Under the pieces are notes generated by a model. That model did not search any database, had not been told where the DNA came from, and worked only from the letters and a program-made list of their open reading frames with translations. DNA of 64,000 nt from an uncultured Actinomycetota bacterium. GTDB lineage: Bacteria > Actinomycetota > Actinomycetes > JAHEKZ01. This document shows, in pieces, positions 39,777-50,471 of this stretch (position 1 is its first letter; the number at the start of each line of letters is the position of its first letter). Location: assembly GCA_963829525.1 (NCBI GenBank), contig CAWHIJ010000003.1, positions 2,112,001-2,176,000 of the forward strand, in the 5' to 3' direction. Both the position numbers and the translations under genes were made by a program.

Positions 39777-39903
39777 CGGCACAGGACGTCGATTCCCCGT
39801 ACTCCTCCCCCTCTGCGGTGTCGGCCACCCAGGGCTTTGGCCTCTGCCGAACGTCTGAACCAACCTCCTAGCCTCAAAGAAGGTCTGAGGTCCGGAGGCT
39901 GTC

Positions 39904-41160
39904 ATGCGACTGCGCACATCGTTGATTGCTGCCATTACTGCTGCGGGGCTGGCGATCACTCCACTGGCTCTCGCCGACCCCCTCGACCCAGACCCCTCAT
40001 TCGGCGGGGACGGATTCGTCCAGCTCTCATACGGGGGGGATGCGACGGCGGTCACTGCGCCCGGACGACGGCTCTACGTCGCCGGCTCAGCCATGGGCGC
40101 CGGGAGTGGGGAGAGTTATCTCTCGGTCGGACTGAGGGGTCGCCACGGGCGGCTGATCCGAGCCCAGGGGGGGCTGTTGGAACGATTCGCGGAATATCCT
40201 TTCGTGGCCGATGTGATGAGCTGGAGGCACAGAGTCTTCGCTGTCGGGCGGGTGGCAAACCTTTACAACGCGGACGGCCAGAAGGTCCCCGGCTACGGGT
40301 TCGCCGCAGCGTTCCCAAGGTCACTTGACCGGCACCTCGTCTGGGGTACCGACCGCTACGCCACATTCGATGAGACGAAGGGCGACCCGGGTTTGGAGCG
40401 GTTGCGTGAGGTGGACTTTGCGTCGGTGACCGGTGGTGCGGTCGACGCCCAAGGCCGGGTGCTGGTCACCGGCCGCGTCCACGGACAAACCGCCATCGTG
40501 CGGTTGACCCGCGACGGCCACATCGACCGCAGCTACGGCACCAACGGCGTAGCCACTATCGGCGTCGGCTCAGTCAGCAGCCCCCGCGACATCGCCGTCC
40601 ACGGCTCCACCGCCCTGGTCGTCGGCAACACGACCAACAGCAGAACCCACCAAGGCTTCGCCGCCCAAATCACCCCGTATGGGTACCGCGACCGAAGGTT
40701 CGACGACGACGGGGTCCGCCTTATCGGCCAGCCACTCAGCCACGCTGCCGCCGTCGCCACCGCAGAGACCGGACGCTGGTTGGTCGCTTACGAGTCGGCC
40801 AAACGCGCCCACGTCATCAAGTTCGGCGCCACCGGCAGCATCATCACCACCTTCGGCAAGGCCGGACACGCCACCGCCCGATGCACCCGCCCCAACGGAC
40901 TCCACGTCATCAACGCCCTGGCCACCCACCGACGCCACGGCTCGGTACACCGGATCGCCCTAGCACTCTCCTGTACCCGCGGCGACCAACTCCGCCGCCT
41001 CGCCGCCATCTGGCGACCAGGAGGCAAACCCATCACCACACTGCGACCAGACGGCGTCGGCCGCCTCCCCTGGCACAAACCGACCATCGACCTCACCTAC
41101 GGATGGCGCGGCAGAATCGTCGGGCTCAGCGGAGAGCGCTCCCTCATCCGACTCCGCTAA
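39904..41160 (+). CDS. Secreted beta-propeller-like protein with delta-60-type repeats
   Basis: Sec signal (ALA-DP) and repeated D.SFG..G / D.SYG.NG / TTFG..G motifs. Confidence 0.7.
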   Translation: MRLRTSLIAAITAAGLAITPLALADPLDPDPSFGGDGFVQLSYGGDATAVTAPGRRLYVAGSAMGAGSGESYLSVGLRGRHGRLIRAQGGLLERFAEYPFVADVMSWRHRVFAVGRVANLYNADGQKVPGYGFAAAFPRSLDRHLVWGTDRYATFDETKGDPGLERLREVDFASVTGGAVDAQGRVLVTGRVHGQTAIVRLTRDGHIDRSYGTNGVATIGVGSVSSPRDIAVHGSTALVVGNTTNSRTHQGFAAQITPYGYRDRRFDDDGVRLIGQPLSHAAAVATAETGRWLVAYESAKRAHVIKFGATGSIITTFGKAGHATARCTRPNGLHVINALATHRRHGSVHRIALALSCTRGDQLRRLAAIWRPGGKPITTLRPDGVGRLPWHKPTIDLTYGWRGRIVGLSGERSLIRLR

Positions 41161-41711
41161 GAGTCGGACGCCGCAAGCTGTTCCCGGACGACGCTGTACG
41201 CAAGACCCGGGCTGTAACCCTTTCGCGCCAGCATGCTCACAAGGCGTCGGGTGGCTGTGTCTGCATCCACGCCGCGCATCGACCGCAGTTTCTTGTCGAC
41301 GAGCTCCGCCGCAGAAACGCGTTCAGCATCGGCGTCAACGCACTCGAGCAGCACCGCATCGATGATCGCTGCGTCGATGCCCTTCTCCCTGAGTTCCCGA
41401 CGCAGCGCCGACCCCGCGAGTCCCCGCGACCGTTGCCGCGACTCGACCCAGCTGCGAGCAAAGAGTGCATCATCGATGTAACCAAGCTCGGTGTACCGGT
41501 CGAGAGCTGCCTCGGCGGCAAAGCCGGGCACTGCACGGCGCGCAAGGACCTGAGCGAGCTGGTGGCGGCTCTTGGCGCTGACGCTGAGCTGCTGAAGCAC
41601 GATCTGCTTGGCGACCTCGACCGGATCAGCGTCCGACTCGCGTCCCTCTGGGTCAGCGAGCGCGGACGACTCCGGTGACCTCTCGCGCGCAGCCCACGCT
41701 CCGCGGGCCAC
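41157..41711 (-). CDS. recX: Regulatory protein RecX
   Basis: GYIDDALFA..W, EL..KG and LARKGY; immediately downstream of recA. Confidence 0.93.
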   Translation of the reverse strand: MARGAWAARERSPESSALADPEGRESDADPVEVAKQIVLQQLSVSAKSRHQLAQVLARRAVPGFAAEAALDRYTELGYIDDALFARSWVESRQRSRGLAGSALRRELREKGIDAAIIDAVLLECVDADAERVSAAELVDKKLRSMRGVDADTATRRLVSMLARKGYSPGLAYSVVREQLAASDS

Positions 41712-41713
41712 GA

Positions 41714-42760
41714 CTAGGCGTCGACTGGGGCTGGTTCGGTGAGGTCGATATCACTGGCCTCAGCGTTGAGCTGCGGGCCGACCCCTAACTTCTCCTTGAT
41801 CTTCTTCTCGATCTCGTTGGCGAGGTCGGGATTGTCGATCAGGAAGTTACGGGAATTCTCCTTGCCCTGGCCGAGCTGATCACCTTCGTAGGTGTACCAA
41901 GCGCCGGACTTGCGCACGAAGCCGTGCTCGACACCAAGGTCCAGCAGCGACCCCTCGCGGGAGATGCCGTGGCCATAGAGGATGTCGAACTCTGCCTGCT
42001 TGAAGGGCGGAGCCATCTTGTTCTTGACAACCTTGATCCGCGTCCGGTTGCCCACCGGCTCGGTGCCGTCCTTGAGCGTCTCGATCCTGCGAACGTCCAG
42101 CCGGATCGACGAGTAGAACTTCAGCGCCTTGCCACCGGTGGTGGTCTCCGGTGAGCCAAAGAAGACGCCGATCTTCTCGCGCAGCTGGTTGATGAAGATG
42201 CAGGTGGTGTTGGTCTGGCTCAATGCGCCGGTGATCTTGCGCAGTGCCTGACTCATCAAGCGCGCCTGCAGTCCGACGTGGCTGTCGCCCATCTCGCCTT
42301 CGATCTCAGCGCGGGGCACCAGGGCAGCCACCGAGTCGATGACGATGATGTCGATCGCACCAGAGCGGATCAACATGTCGGTGATTTCCAGCGCCTGCTC
42401 ACCGGTGTCGGGCTGGGAGACGAGCAGCGCGTCGGTGTCGACACCAAGCTTCTTGGCGTACTCCGGGTCGAGCGCATGCTCGGCATCGATGAAGGCTGCG
42501 ATGCCGCCAAGTGCCTGGGCGTTGGCGACAGCGTGGAGCGCGACGGTGGTCTTACCCGATGACTCCGGACCGTAGATCTCGACGACCCGGCCACGCGGCA
42601 GCCCGCCGATGCCGAGTGCGATGTCGAGCGAGATGGCCCCCGTGGGGATCACCTCGACCGGAGCACGTGTCTCGTCACCGAGACGCATGACCGAGCCCTT
42701 GCCGAATTGGCGCTCGATCTGGGCGAGCGCTGAGTCAAGGGCCTTGTCGCGGTCTGCCAT
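41714..42760 (-). CDS. recA: Recombinase RecA (no intein)
   Basis: [18 protein letters not shown] and GGKALKFY. Confidence 0.99.
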   Translation of the reverse strand: MADRDKALDSALAQIERQFGKGSVMRLGDETRAPVEVIPTGAISLDIALGIGGLPRGRVVEIYGPESSGKTTVALHAVANAQALGGIAAFIDAEHALDPEYAKKLGVDTDALLVSQPDTGEQALEITDMLIRSGAIDIIVIDSVAALVPRAEIEGEMGDSHVGLQARLMSQALRKITGALSQTNTTCIFINQLREKIGVFFGSPETTTGGKALKFYSSIRLDVRRIETLKDGTEPVGNRTRIKVVKNKMAPPFKQAEFDILYGHGISREGSLLDLGVEHGFVRKSGAWYTYEGDQLGQGKENSRNFLIDNPDLANEIEKKIKEKLGVGPQLNAEASDIDLTEPAPVDA

Positions 42761-42790
42761 GGGATCCCCTTCGAGGGTGGTCGGTCTGGG

Positions 42791-42938
42791 TCGAACATAC
42801 GTCGAACCTGTTGTCGCGGGCGACGCTACGCCGGACCTCCGACAGGTGGCTGCGGGAGCGGCCGACCGGTGGACAACGAGCCCTTTGGGGCTGGACTGGC
42901 GTGAGGCGTCGAAGCGACTCTACCGAACAGGTGTTCGA
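42791..42938 (-). promoter_or_regulatory. recA control region: PafBC-type promoter and SOS boxes
   Basis: Minus strand TGTCGG-N10-TAGCGT (42844-42823); CCGAACaggtGTTCGA at 42923-38; degenerate TCGAACATACGTCGA at 42791-805. Confidence 0.8.
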
Positions 42939-44185
42939 ACGCTGGATCCGACACGCCGCCGAATCAGGGCAGCCGCCAGTGGCAGCAGGCAGAGCCCGGC
43001 TGCCACATTGAGCCAGGCATAGGAGGCCGCGTAGACGATGACCCCGGCGAAGATTCCGCCGATGGCCGCCGCCACGTTCATCACGGTGTCACCCACACCT
43101 TGGGCCGCCGGACGGTGCTCGTCTGGCACCGAGGTGGACAGCAGCGCCGATCCACCCACCAGCGTCCCCGACCAGCCGAGCCCGAGCAGAAAGAGACCGA
43201 TGCCGAGTTGGACGACCGAATCACCCGATGCAGTGCCGGCAACGACTGTGGCCGCTGCCAGGACCACAACGCCCACGGTGATCACCCAGATGCTTCCCCG
43301 CCGATCAGCGAACCAGCCGACCACCGGCGAGAAGACGTACATGCCGAGGATGTGGACACTGATCACCAGGCCGACGATCTGCAACGTGACATCGACGTGC
43401 TGCATGTGCACCGGTGTCATCACCATCACCATCACCATCACCACATGTCCCACCGCCAACGCCGCAACCGCCAACGAGGCACCGGGGGAAGCGCGCACCA
43501 CTCGTGCCCCGTGCGCGAGCTCAGCGATCATCCCAGCCCCGCCTGCTCCAGCGGTGGCGTCGGCATTCAGGGCGAGGGCCAGGCTGCGTGCTTCCAACAG
43601 CGGATCGGGCCGAAGCAACCCTGACACCATCAGTGCGGCAAGCGTGATGGACGCCGCCGTCACCAGGTACGGGCCGCTGAGCGGCGGGAGGCCGACGGCT
43701 TCGGCCAGCGACGACGCCGGCTGCATCAAGTTCGGCCCGAGGACAGCACCCACGGTCGTCGCCCAGACGACCAGAGCGAGGTCGCGCCCCACATGCTCAG
43801 GGGCGGCCAGATCGCTGGCGGCGTAGCGCGCCTGCAGCCCAACTGCGGAGGCAACCCCCACCCCGAAAGTACCGACAAGGACGAGGGGGACGAGCTCAAA
43901 CACCGAAGCCACGATCACGACGAGTGCGCCCACTGCCGCGATCCACAGCCCCGTGACGAGACCGATACGCCGGCCGGATCTGACCGAGAGCCAGGCCAGC
44001 GGCCCGGCTGCGACGGCTGTGCCAATCACGCCGAACGTCTGAGCGAGGCCGGCCAGCCCCTCGGTGCCGGTGAGCTCGGCCACGAGCAGGCTTCCTGCCG
44101 CGACACCCGCGCCGACGCCGACGCCGGTAAGCACCTGGGCCGCTGCCAGTACACCGACGGTGCGTCGCTGGAGCGCGCTGCTCAT
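42920..44185 (-). CDS. MFS transporter
   Basis: About 12 TM segments, with GRR.GL, QARYAA.D and G..ADR.G motifs. Confidence 0.9.
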   Translation of the reverse strand: MSSALQRRTVGVLAAAQVLTGVGVGAGVAAGSLLVAELTGTEGLAGLAQTFGVIGTAVAAGPLAWLSVRSGRRIGLVTGLWIAAVGALVVIVASVFELVPLVLVGTFGVGVASAVGLQARYAASDLAAPEHVGRDLALVVWATTVGAVLGPNLMQPASSLAEAVGLPPLSGPYLVTAASITLAALMVSGLLRPDPLLEARSLALALNADATAGAGGAGMIAELAHGARVVRASPGASLAVAALAVGHVVMVMVMVMTPVHMQHVDVTLQIVGLVISVHILGMYVFSPVVGWFADRRGSIWVITVGVVVLAAATVVAGTASGDSVVQLGIGLFLLGLGWSGTLVGGSALLSTSVPDEHRPAAQGVGDTVMNVAAAIGGIFAGVIVYAASYAWLNVAAGLCLLPLAAALIRRRVGSSVRTPVR

Positions 44186-44376
44186 CGGTAGCGCGCCGGC
44201 AGATCGAGCGCCGCGACCACGGCCCGCCACACCCGGGTGGCGTCCTCGCCGTCGGCGAGCGCCTGCTCGACCGTGCGTCCCTCGAGGTCGCTCAAGACGT
44301 GGTCACGGGCGAAACTGCGCGCATAGGAGGAACCGAGATGTGTCTCCATGCGCTCCCAGAAGTCAGTGAACCGCAC
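44182..44376 (-). CDS. DUF3046 family protein
   Basis: RFTDFWERM..DHVL..L.GRT..QAL..G..VWRAV; conserved upstream of recA in actinobacteria. Confidence 0.88.
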   Translation of the reverse strand: MRFTDFWERMETHLGSSYARSFARDHVLSDLEGRTVEQALADGEDATRVWRAVVAALDLPARYR

Positions 44377-44401
44377 GGAGGCGACTGTACGACAGGCGCA
44401 T

Positions 44402-45256
44402 TCAGCTCGGTGGAGGTACGGGCGGGGCGGGTGGTGCTGGAGGGGGCTCTGGTGCATCGGCGGGCGCTGGTGAGTCCACCGCTGCCTCCGCTGCGGTCGG
44501 CGCCCCCGGAACGATGCTGCCATCGGGCAGCGGGCCGGCTGCCGGGGCAACGGCATTCTGCCGTCCCCGCAGGGCCAGGAGCAGAACGATGCCGACCACC
44601 ACGAGGGTCAGTAAGGCTGCGACAGCGGCGATCAGCGTCCAGGGGATACCAGCCTTGGCGCTACCCACTGCCGAAATCTCGGTGACCTCACCCGGCTTCG
44701 GCGCCCAGGTGACGGTGTTGCCGTCCTCCACGCCGTTACTGCTCTTGACGTCGCCAGGGAAGGTGATCGAGAGCTCCGCCTCGGCCGACTCAAGGAGCGC
44801 ACTCGCGGACGGCTCGGTTCCCGTTCCCTGGGACAGATCGAGCGTCCCTTTCACGATGAACTCGTCGCCTTCTCTTGTGATCGACAGATCGCCGGTGTCG
44901 GTTCCACTGAACTCGTCGAGCGCGACGTCGGTGAAGATGTACTCGTTCCCGATCCAGTCCGCGTCCTCGTAGTCCTTGGTCTCGACCGACCCAGTCGCCG
45001 GATCCTCCCCGAGCAGACCGCCGCCTTCGCCAGCCAATGCCTCCCGCAAGGCGTCCTCACCGCCGAAGAGCTGGGCCTGGTCACGATCGATAGCGAGAAC
45101 GATTGAGCCATCGACTGTGTCGTCCGACGAGAGCTCGAGCGACATGTCGAGCTTGAAACAGCCTGAGAGCGCGACCACACCGATCGCGGCGAGCACTGCC
45201 ATGGAAGCCGATCGGCGCAGTCTGGTAGGGACGTTAAGTTCCATGTTTCCATTCAC
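44402..45256 (-). CDS. LppM-like lipoprotein with C-terminal TM and Pro-rich tail
   Basis: LSGC lipobox, ITFPG.V..SNG..GNTVTW. Confidence 0.75.
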   Translation of the reverse strand: MNGNMELNVPTRLRRSASMAVLAAIGVVALSGCFKLDMSLELSSDDTVDGSIVLAIDRDQAQLFGGEDALREALAGEGGGLLGEDPATGSVETKDYEDADWIGNEYIFTDVALDEFSGTDTGDLSITREGDEFIVKGTLDLSQGTGTEPSASALLESAEAELSITFPGDVKSSNGVEDGNTVTWAPKPGEVTEISAVGSAKAGIPWTLIAAVAALLTLVVVGIVLLLALRGRQNAVAPAAGPLPDGSIVPGAPTAAEAAVDSPAPADAPEPPPAPPAPPVPPPS

Positions 45257-45339
45257 CCGCGTCCGTTAACTGATCACAAGTACCCACGCCGGTGGTGACG
45301 CCGGTGGTGACGATCAGCGCCACCGACCAAGATGGAGAT

Positions 45340-48300
45340 GTGTCCACTCCCTTAGGCACCTTCTCCCCGCAGACGCGGCGCTGGTTCGAGACGGTCTTCG
45401 CCGAGCCCACACCGGCGCAAGATGCCGCGTGGCGGGCGATCAGCGCTGGAGAGAACACCCTGGTCGTTGCACCCACTGGCTCTGGCAAGACCCTGGCCGC
45501 CTTCCTCTGGGCACTCGACCGCTGTGCGAGCACGGCTCAGGAAGACCACGGCACGACCATCTTGTACATCTCCCCGCTCAAGGCTCTTGCTGTCGACATC
45601 GAGCGCAACCTGCGGGCACCCTTAGCCGGGATCGGGAACGCCTACGCGCTCGAAGGGCTCACTCCCCCTGAGATCTCCGTCGCGATCCGCACCGGCGACA
45701 CCTCAGCATCCGAGCGCCAGCGACAACTCAGGCGCCCGAGCACTCTCCTGATCACAACGCCGGAGTCGCTCTACCTGATCCTCACTTCAAAGGCGCGCGA
45801 GACGTTGCAGACGGTCACCACCGTGATCGTCGATGAGGTTCATGCGGTGGCTGGCACCAAGCGTGGCGCGCACCTGGCCCTCTCACTGGAACGGCTCGAT
45901 GTGCTCCTCCCCGCGCCGGCTCAGCGCATCGGACTCTCAGCGACCGTTCGTCCGACCGAAACAGTTGCGTCATTCCTCGGCGGACCACACCCGGTGACCG
46001 TCGTCCAGCCTCCCAGCAGCAAGGAACTCGATCTGTCGGTCGTTGTCCCTGTCGAGGACCTCTCCGCGCTGGGCGACGACGTCCACTTCGGCGGTAGCCC
46101 TGATGACGGCGAGATCGCCCCATCAGCACCCTCGCTGTGGCCGCACGTCGAGTCACGCATCGTCGACCTCATCACCGAGCACCGATCGACGATCGTGTTC
46201 GCCAACTCCCGCCGGCTGACCGAAAGACTGGCGGCCCGTCTCAACGAAGAGGCTGCGCGTCGGTCCGGTGGCGCCAATGCCCCTGCCACGAGCGCTGCGC
46301 CAGCAGAGGTGATGGCCCAGGCCGGTTCCACACTCCCCCTGCCGGGAAATGTCCCGGAGATTGCCCGTGCGCACCACGGCTCGGTCTCGCGTGAGCAACG
46401 CGCTGACATCGAGGAGCAGCTGAAGCAGGGAACCCTTCCGGCTGTGGTCGCCACCAGCAGTCTCGAGCTCGGAATCGACATGGGAGCTGTCGATCTCGTG
46501 GTGCAAGTCGAGTCACCACCCTCGGTCGCCAGTGGCCTGCAGCGGATCGGCCGAGCCGGCCACCACGTCGGGGGGGTCTCACGCGGAGTTCTCTTCCCCA
46601 AGCACCGTGGTGACCTGCTGCCGAGTGCGGTAGCCGTCGATCGGATGCGACGCGGCGAGATTGAGTCGCTCAGTGTTCCCCGCAACCCGCTCGATGTCCT
46701 CGCCCAGCACGTCGTGGCCATGGTCGCAATGGACGACTGGACCGTGCCCGAACTTGCGACTGTTGTTAGGCGCGCCGACCCATTCCGCGCCCTGCCCGAC
46801 TCAGCACTACACGGCGTCCTCGACATGCTGGCTGGCCGCTACCCGTCCGACGCCTTCGCCGAGCTCAAACCACGTCTGGTGTGGGACCGAGAGCGCGACC
46901 TACTCACCGCCAGGCCAGGTGCGCACCGCATCGCGGTGATCAACGGCGGCACGATTCCCGACCGCGGTCTGTACGGCGTCTTCCTCGCCGGTGGTGGCGG
47001 ACCAGGGCGCCGCGTCGGTGAGCTCGACGAGGAAATGGTCTACGAGTCGCGCATTGGTGACGTCTTCGCCCTCGGCTCCACGTCGTGGCAGATCGTCGAC
47101 ATCACCCACGATCAGGTGCTCGTGACGCCGGCACCAGGACGCGCCGGCAAGCTTCCCTTCTGGCACGGCGACACAATTGGTCGCCCTCGGGAGTTCGGCC
47201 AGGCGATCGGTGCCACAATCCGGCAGCTTCGAGGCAGCACACCTGAGCAAGCCGGACAGAAGTTGACAGCCCTCGGCCTCGACACCAACGCCGCCGCCAA
47301 TGCACTCGCCTACCTCGATGAGCAGCATGAGGTCTGCGGCGTGGTCCCCGATGACCAGACGATCGTCGTCGAACGCTTCCGCGACGAGATAGGCGATTGG
47401 CGCCTCGTGGTCCACTCATTGGCCGGCGGACGCGTGAACACGCCGTGGGCGCTCGCCCTCGCTGCTCGGCTCCGCGACGATCTCGACATCGATGTCCAGG
47501 TCATGCCATCTGACGATGGCATCGTGCTTCGACTCCCCGATCTCGGTGGCGACGACGAAGCTGCCCCCGACATCGTCGAACACCTCCTCATCGACCCAGG
47601 TGATGCTGAGCGTCAGGTCACCGATGCGGTGTGGGGGTCGGCCCTCTTCGCTGCCCGCTTCCGCGAGTGCTCGGCGCGGGCCCTTCTTCTCCCCAGGCGT
47701 CGCCCCGACCGCAGGACGCCGCTCTGGCAGCAGCGCCAACGGTCGGCTCAGCTGTTGGGGGTGGCGTCCGGCCACCCGACTTTCCCGCTGGTGCTGGAGA
47801 CCATGCGTGAGTGCCTGCAAGATGTCTTCGATGTCCCCGGGCTCAGCGAGCTGCTCAATGATCTTGACTCCGGAAGGATGCGCATCGTCGAGGTCGAGAC
47901 ACAGCGGCCCTCCCCCTTCGCTCGTTCGCTGCTGTTCTCCTATGTCGGCGCGTTCCTTTACGAAGGAGATGCCCCGCTCGCCGAAAGGAGGGCGGCAGCA
48001 CTCTCCGTCGACACAGCGCTACTCGCAGAGCTGCTCGGACAAGCTGAGCTCCGTGAGCTGCTCGACCCCGACGCGATCGCCCTCGTCGAACGGAGGGTCG
48101 GCTGGCTGACCGACGAGCGGCGCCTGCGGGACGCCGAGGCAGTGGCCGATGCGCTGCGAGTCCTCGGTCCGCTCTCAGATCACGACATCGAAATGAGAGG
48201 CGGCGAGCTGGCATGGGTCGTCGCACTCACCGAAGCGCGACGATCTGTCTCGGTGCGGCTGCCGGCCGGCGACCGGTGGGTTGCTGTCGAAGATCTCGCT

Positions 48301-49962
48301 CGATTGCGCGATGCGCTCGGCATCCCGTTGCCTCCCGGAGTCTCCGGTGCATTCGCCGCACCAGCCCTGGACCCGGTTGGCGACCTCGTCTCGCGCTACG
48401 CGCGTACGCACGGTCCCTTCACAACAGCCGAGACGGCTGCCGCCCTCGGACTCGGGCCCGCCGTCGTCACGACGGCGATCAACCGCCTCGTCGGGGCCGG
48501 GCGCATCGTGGCTGGTGCCTTTCGCCCTGGCGGCAGTGGCCCGGAGTGGTGCGACGCCGAGGTGCTGCGCCAGATCAGGCGAGCGAGCCTGGCCATCGCC
48601 CAGAGAGCCGTCGAGCCGGTACCCGCCGAGCGACTGGCCACCTTCCTTCCCAGTTGGCAGGGCGTTACTGGGCAGGGCGTTATCGGGCAGGGCGTCAGCA
48701 GGCACGACGCAGCTGTCGGCGCCGACGACCTCTACCGCGTGGTCGATCAACTCGCTGGTGTCGTCGCGCCCGCGTCGGAGTGGGAGCGGAGCATCTTCCC
48801 CGCCCGACTCCGCGGCTACCAACCGTCTTGGCTCGATGAGCTCACCGGCTCTGGTGACGTGATCTGGTTCGGAGCTGGCTCCCTTCCCCAAGGTGATGGG
48901 TGGGTCGGGTTCGTACCGGCCGATCAAGCGGCGACACTGCTGCCACCCTCCGAAGTGCTCCGCGATCCAACCGACGCTCATGCGGCTGTCTTGGACGTCT
49001 TCGGCGAAGGTGTCGCACTGCTTACCCGCGGAATTCACGCCGCGCTCGCTGGCTACCCCACCGACGTCGTCGATGCGGCCCTTTGGGATCTCGTCTGGGC
49101 CGGTGTTCTCACCAACGACTCGCTTGCTGCGCTGCGTTCGCGGCAAAGCACCAGCCGAGGAGCCCTTCGACCGCGACCTCTTTCCATCGGACGTAGCCAC
49201 TCCCGGCGCGCAGTCCGCCGCACGCCTGTCGAGGCCGTTCCCGGACGTTGGTTCCGGGTGCCCGAGCAACCGGAGTCGGCCACACTCCGCGCCCATGCCG
49301 CTGCAGAAACCATGCTCAGTCGTCACGGAGTGCTCACTCGAGGGTCGGCGGCAGCAGAGGGTGTGCCGGGAGGGTTTGCGGCGGTCTACCGGGTCCTGAC
49401 CGCCATGGAGGACACCGGACGTGTGCAACGCGGCTACTTCGTCGAGGGCCTAGGTGCGGCGCAGTTCGCCAGTGGCGCAGCCGTCGACCGGCTGCGCACC
49501 GACAACGACGCAACTGAGCAGACGTACGCACTTGCAGCCACCGATCCAGCGAATCCCTATGGGGCAGCGCTCGCGTGGCCAACCTCCCGTGCCTCGCATC
49601 TGCCGGGACGGAAGGCTGGGGCGACGGTGGCGATCGACCGTCAAGGGTTGGCCTTGTTCGCCGAGCGCGGTGGTCGATCCCTGCTCACCTGGTGCGCTCC
49701 CGACAGTGACCGCGCCCGCACAGCATTGTCAGTCATGGTAAACGAGGTGCACTCGGGGCACCGGCCCGCGCTTCATGTGATGAAGGTGGATGGCGTCGAC
49801 ATCCAGGCATCACCATGGCGTGCAGCGCTGCAGGACGCTGGCTTCTTGCTGACTCCACGGGGTCTTCGGTTACGACCCGTACGCCTTCATGAGCGCGAAC
49901 GATATCCTCGGCCTGGTCAGGGAACGCGCACCTCGTCATCTGCGCGCACCGAAGTGACCTAG
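45340..49962 (+). CDS. lhr: Lhr ATP-dependent helicase (long form)
   Basis: APTGSGKT, DEVH, SAT, HHGS, QRIGRAGH, and a C-terminal RGYFVEGLGAAQF..DPANPYG domain. Confidence 0.95.
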   Translation: MSTPLGTFSPQTRRWFETVFAEPTPAQDAAWRAISAGENTLVVAPTGSGKTLAAFLWALDRCASTAQEDHGTTILYISPLKALAVDIERNLRAPLAGIGNAYALEGLTPPEISVAIRTGDTSASERQRQLRRPSTLLITTPESLYLILTSKARETLQTVTTVIVDEVHAVAGTKRGAHLALSLERLDVLLPAPAQRIGLSATVRPTETVASFLGGPHPVTVVQPPSSKELDLSVVVPVEDLSALGDDVHFGGSPDDGEIAPSAPSLWPHVESRIVDLITEHRSTIVFANSRRLTERLAARLNEEAARRSGGANAPATSAAPAEVMAQAGSTLPLPGNVPEIARAHHGSVSREQRADIEEQLKQGTLPAVVATSSLELGIDMGAVDLVVQVESPPSVASGLQRIGRAGHHVGGVSRGVLFPKHRGDLLPSAVAVDRMRRGEIESLSVPRNPLDVLAQHVVAMVAMDDWTVPELATVVRRADPFRALPDSALHGVLDMLAGRYPSDAFAELKPRLVWDRERDLLTARPGAHRIAVINGGTIPDRGLYGVFLAGGGGPGRRVGELDEEMVYESRIGDVFALGSTSWQIVDITHDQVLVTPAPGRAGKLPFWHGDTIGRPREFGQAIGATIRQLRGSTPEQAGQKLTALGLDTNAAANALAYLDEQHEVCGVVPDDQTIVVERFRDEIGDWRLVVHSLAGGRVNTPWALALAARLRDDLDIDVQVMPSDDGIVLRLPDLGGDDEAAPDIVEHLLIDPGDAERQVTDAVWGSALFAARFRECSARALLLPRRRPDRRTPLWQQRQRSAQLLGVASGHPTFPLVLETMRECLQDVFDVPGLSELLNDLDSGRMRIVEVETQRPSPFARSLLFSYVGAFLYEGDAPLAERRAAALSVDTALLAELLGQAELRELLDPDAIALVERRVGWLTDERRLRDAEAVADALRVLGPLSDHDIEMRGGELAWVVALTEARRSVSVRLPAGDRWVAVEDLARLRDALGIPLPPGVSGAFAAPALDPVGDLVSRYARTHGPFTTAETAAALGLGPAVVTTAINRLVGAGRIVAGAFRPGGSGPEWCDAEVLRQIRRASLAIAQRAVEPVPAERLATFLPSWQGVTGQGVIGQGVSRHDAAVGADDLYRVVDQLAGVVAPASEWERSIFPARLRGYQPSWLDELTGSGDVIWFGAGSLPQGDGWVGFVPADQAATLLPPSEVLRDPTDAHAAVLDVFGEGVALLTRGIHAALAGYPTDVVDAALWDLVWAGVLTNDSLAALRSRQSTSRGALRPRPLSIGRSHSRRAVRRTPVEAVPGRWFRVPEQPESATLRAHAAAETMLSRHGVLTRGSAAAEGVPGGFAAVYRVLTAMEDTGRVQRGYFVEGLGAAQFASGAAVDRLRTDNDATEQTYALAATDPANPYGAALAWPTSRASHLPGRKAGATVAIDRQGLALFAERGGRSLLTWCAPDSDRARTALSVMVNEVHSGHRPALHVMKVDGVDIQASPWRAALQDAGFLLTPRGLRLRPVRLHERERYPRPGQGTRTSSSARTEVT

Positions 49963-50471
49963 TTGGCCAACCCCGGCTCCGAGGAGGTTTCGCCAGATCG
50001 CCGGGGAGCGAAGACAAAGGAGAGCAGCCAACGCCTGGCGGCTTCGGGATCGGTTCCGGTGGCGCACCACCGTTCGACGTCGGCCGCCACGGAGTCATCA
50101 CCGGCGGCAGCGTCGGCCACTTTCACCAAGGTGCTGGGCTCGTAGCGCCTGACCCCGGCAACGACCGGCGACTCACTGAGCCACGCTGCTGCTGCGTCGA
50201 GGCGTTCACCTGAAGGTGCCAGCGAACAGTGAGCGATGAGACTCTCACGCTGGAGGGCGAGAAGCGCCAGGAGCAGTTCGTTCCGATCGCGGAAGTGGTT
50301 GTACACGGTCGCCTTGGCCACGGCCGCGCGGCGAGCGACCGCGGCCATCGTCACCGCTCTCGGGCCGCCGGAGGCCACCAGGTCTGCCGCAGCATGCAGA
50401 ATCCCCGCACGCGCCCGCTCCATTGCATTGCCGGCGCGGACGTGGGGAGGACTCTTCGTCGGCACGCTCAA
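49959..50471 (-). CDS. TetR-family regulator
   Basis: [24 protein letters not shown]. Confidence 0.85.
   Translation of the reverse strand: MSVPTKSPPHVRAGNAMERARAGILHAAADLVASGGPRAVTMAAVARRAAVAKATVYNHFRDRNELLLALLALQRESLIAHCSLAPSGERLDAAAAWLSESPVVAGVRRYEPSTLVKVADAAAGDDSVAADVERWCATGTDPEAARRWLLSFVFAPRRSGETSSEPGLAN

Noticed and set aside
41714-42760. RecA intein
   Set aside because: The 348-aa ORF is uninterrupted and of standard length.
43418-43444. (CATCAC)n poly-His-like repeat
   Set aside because: It is the antisense of the VMVMVM transmembrane segment of the MFS transporter.
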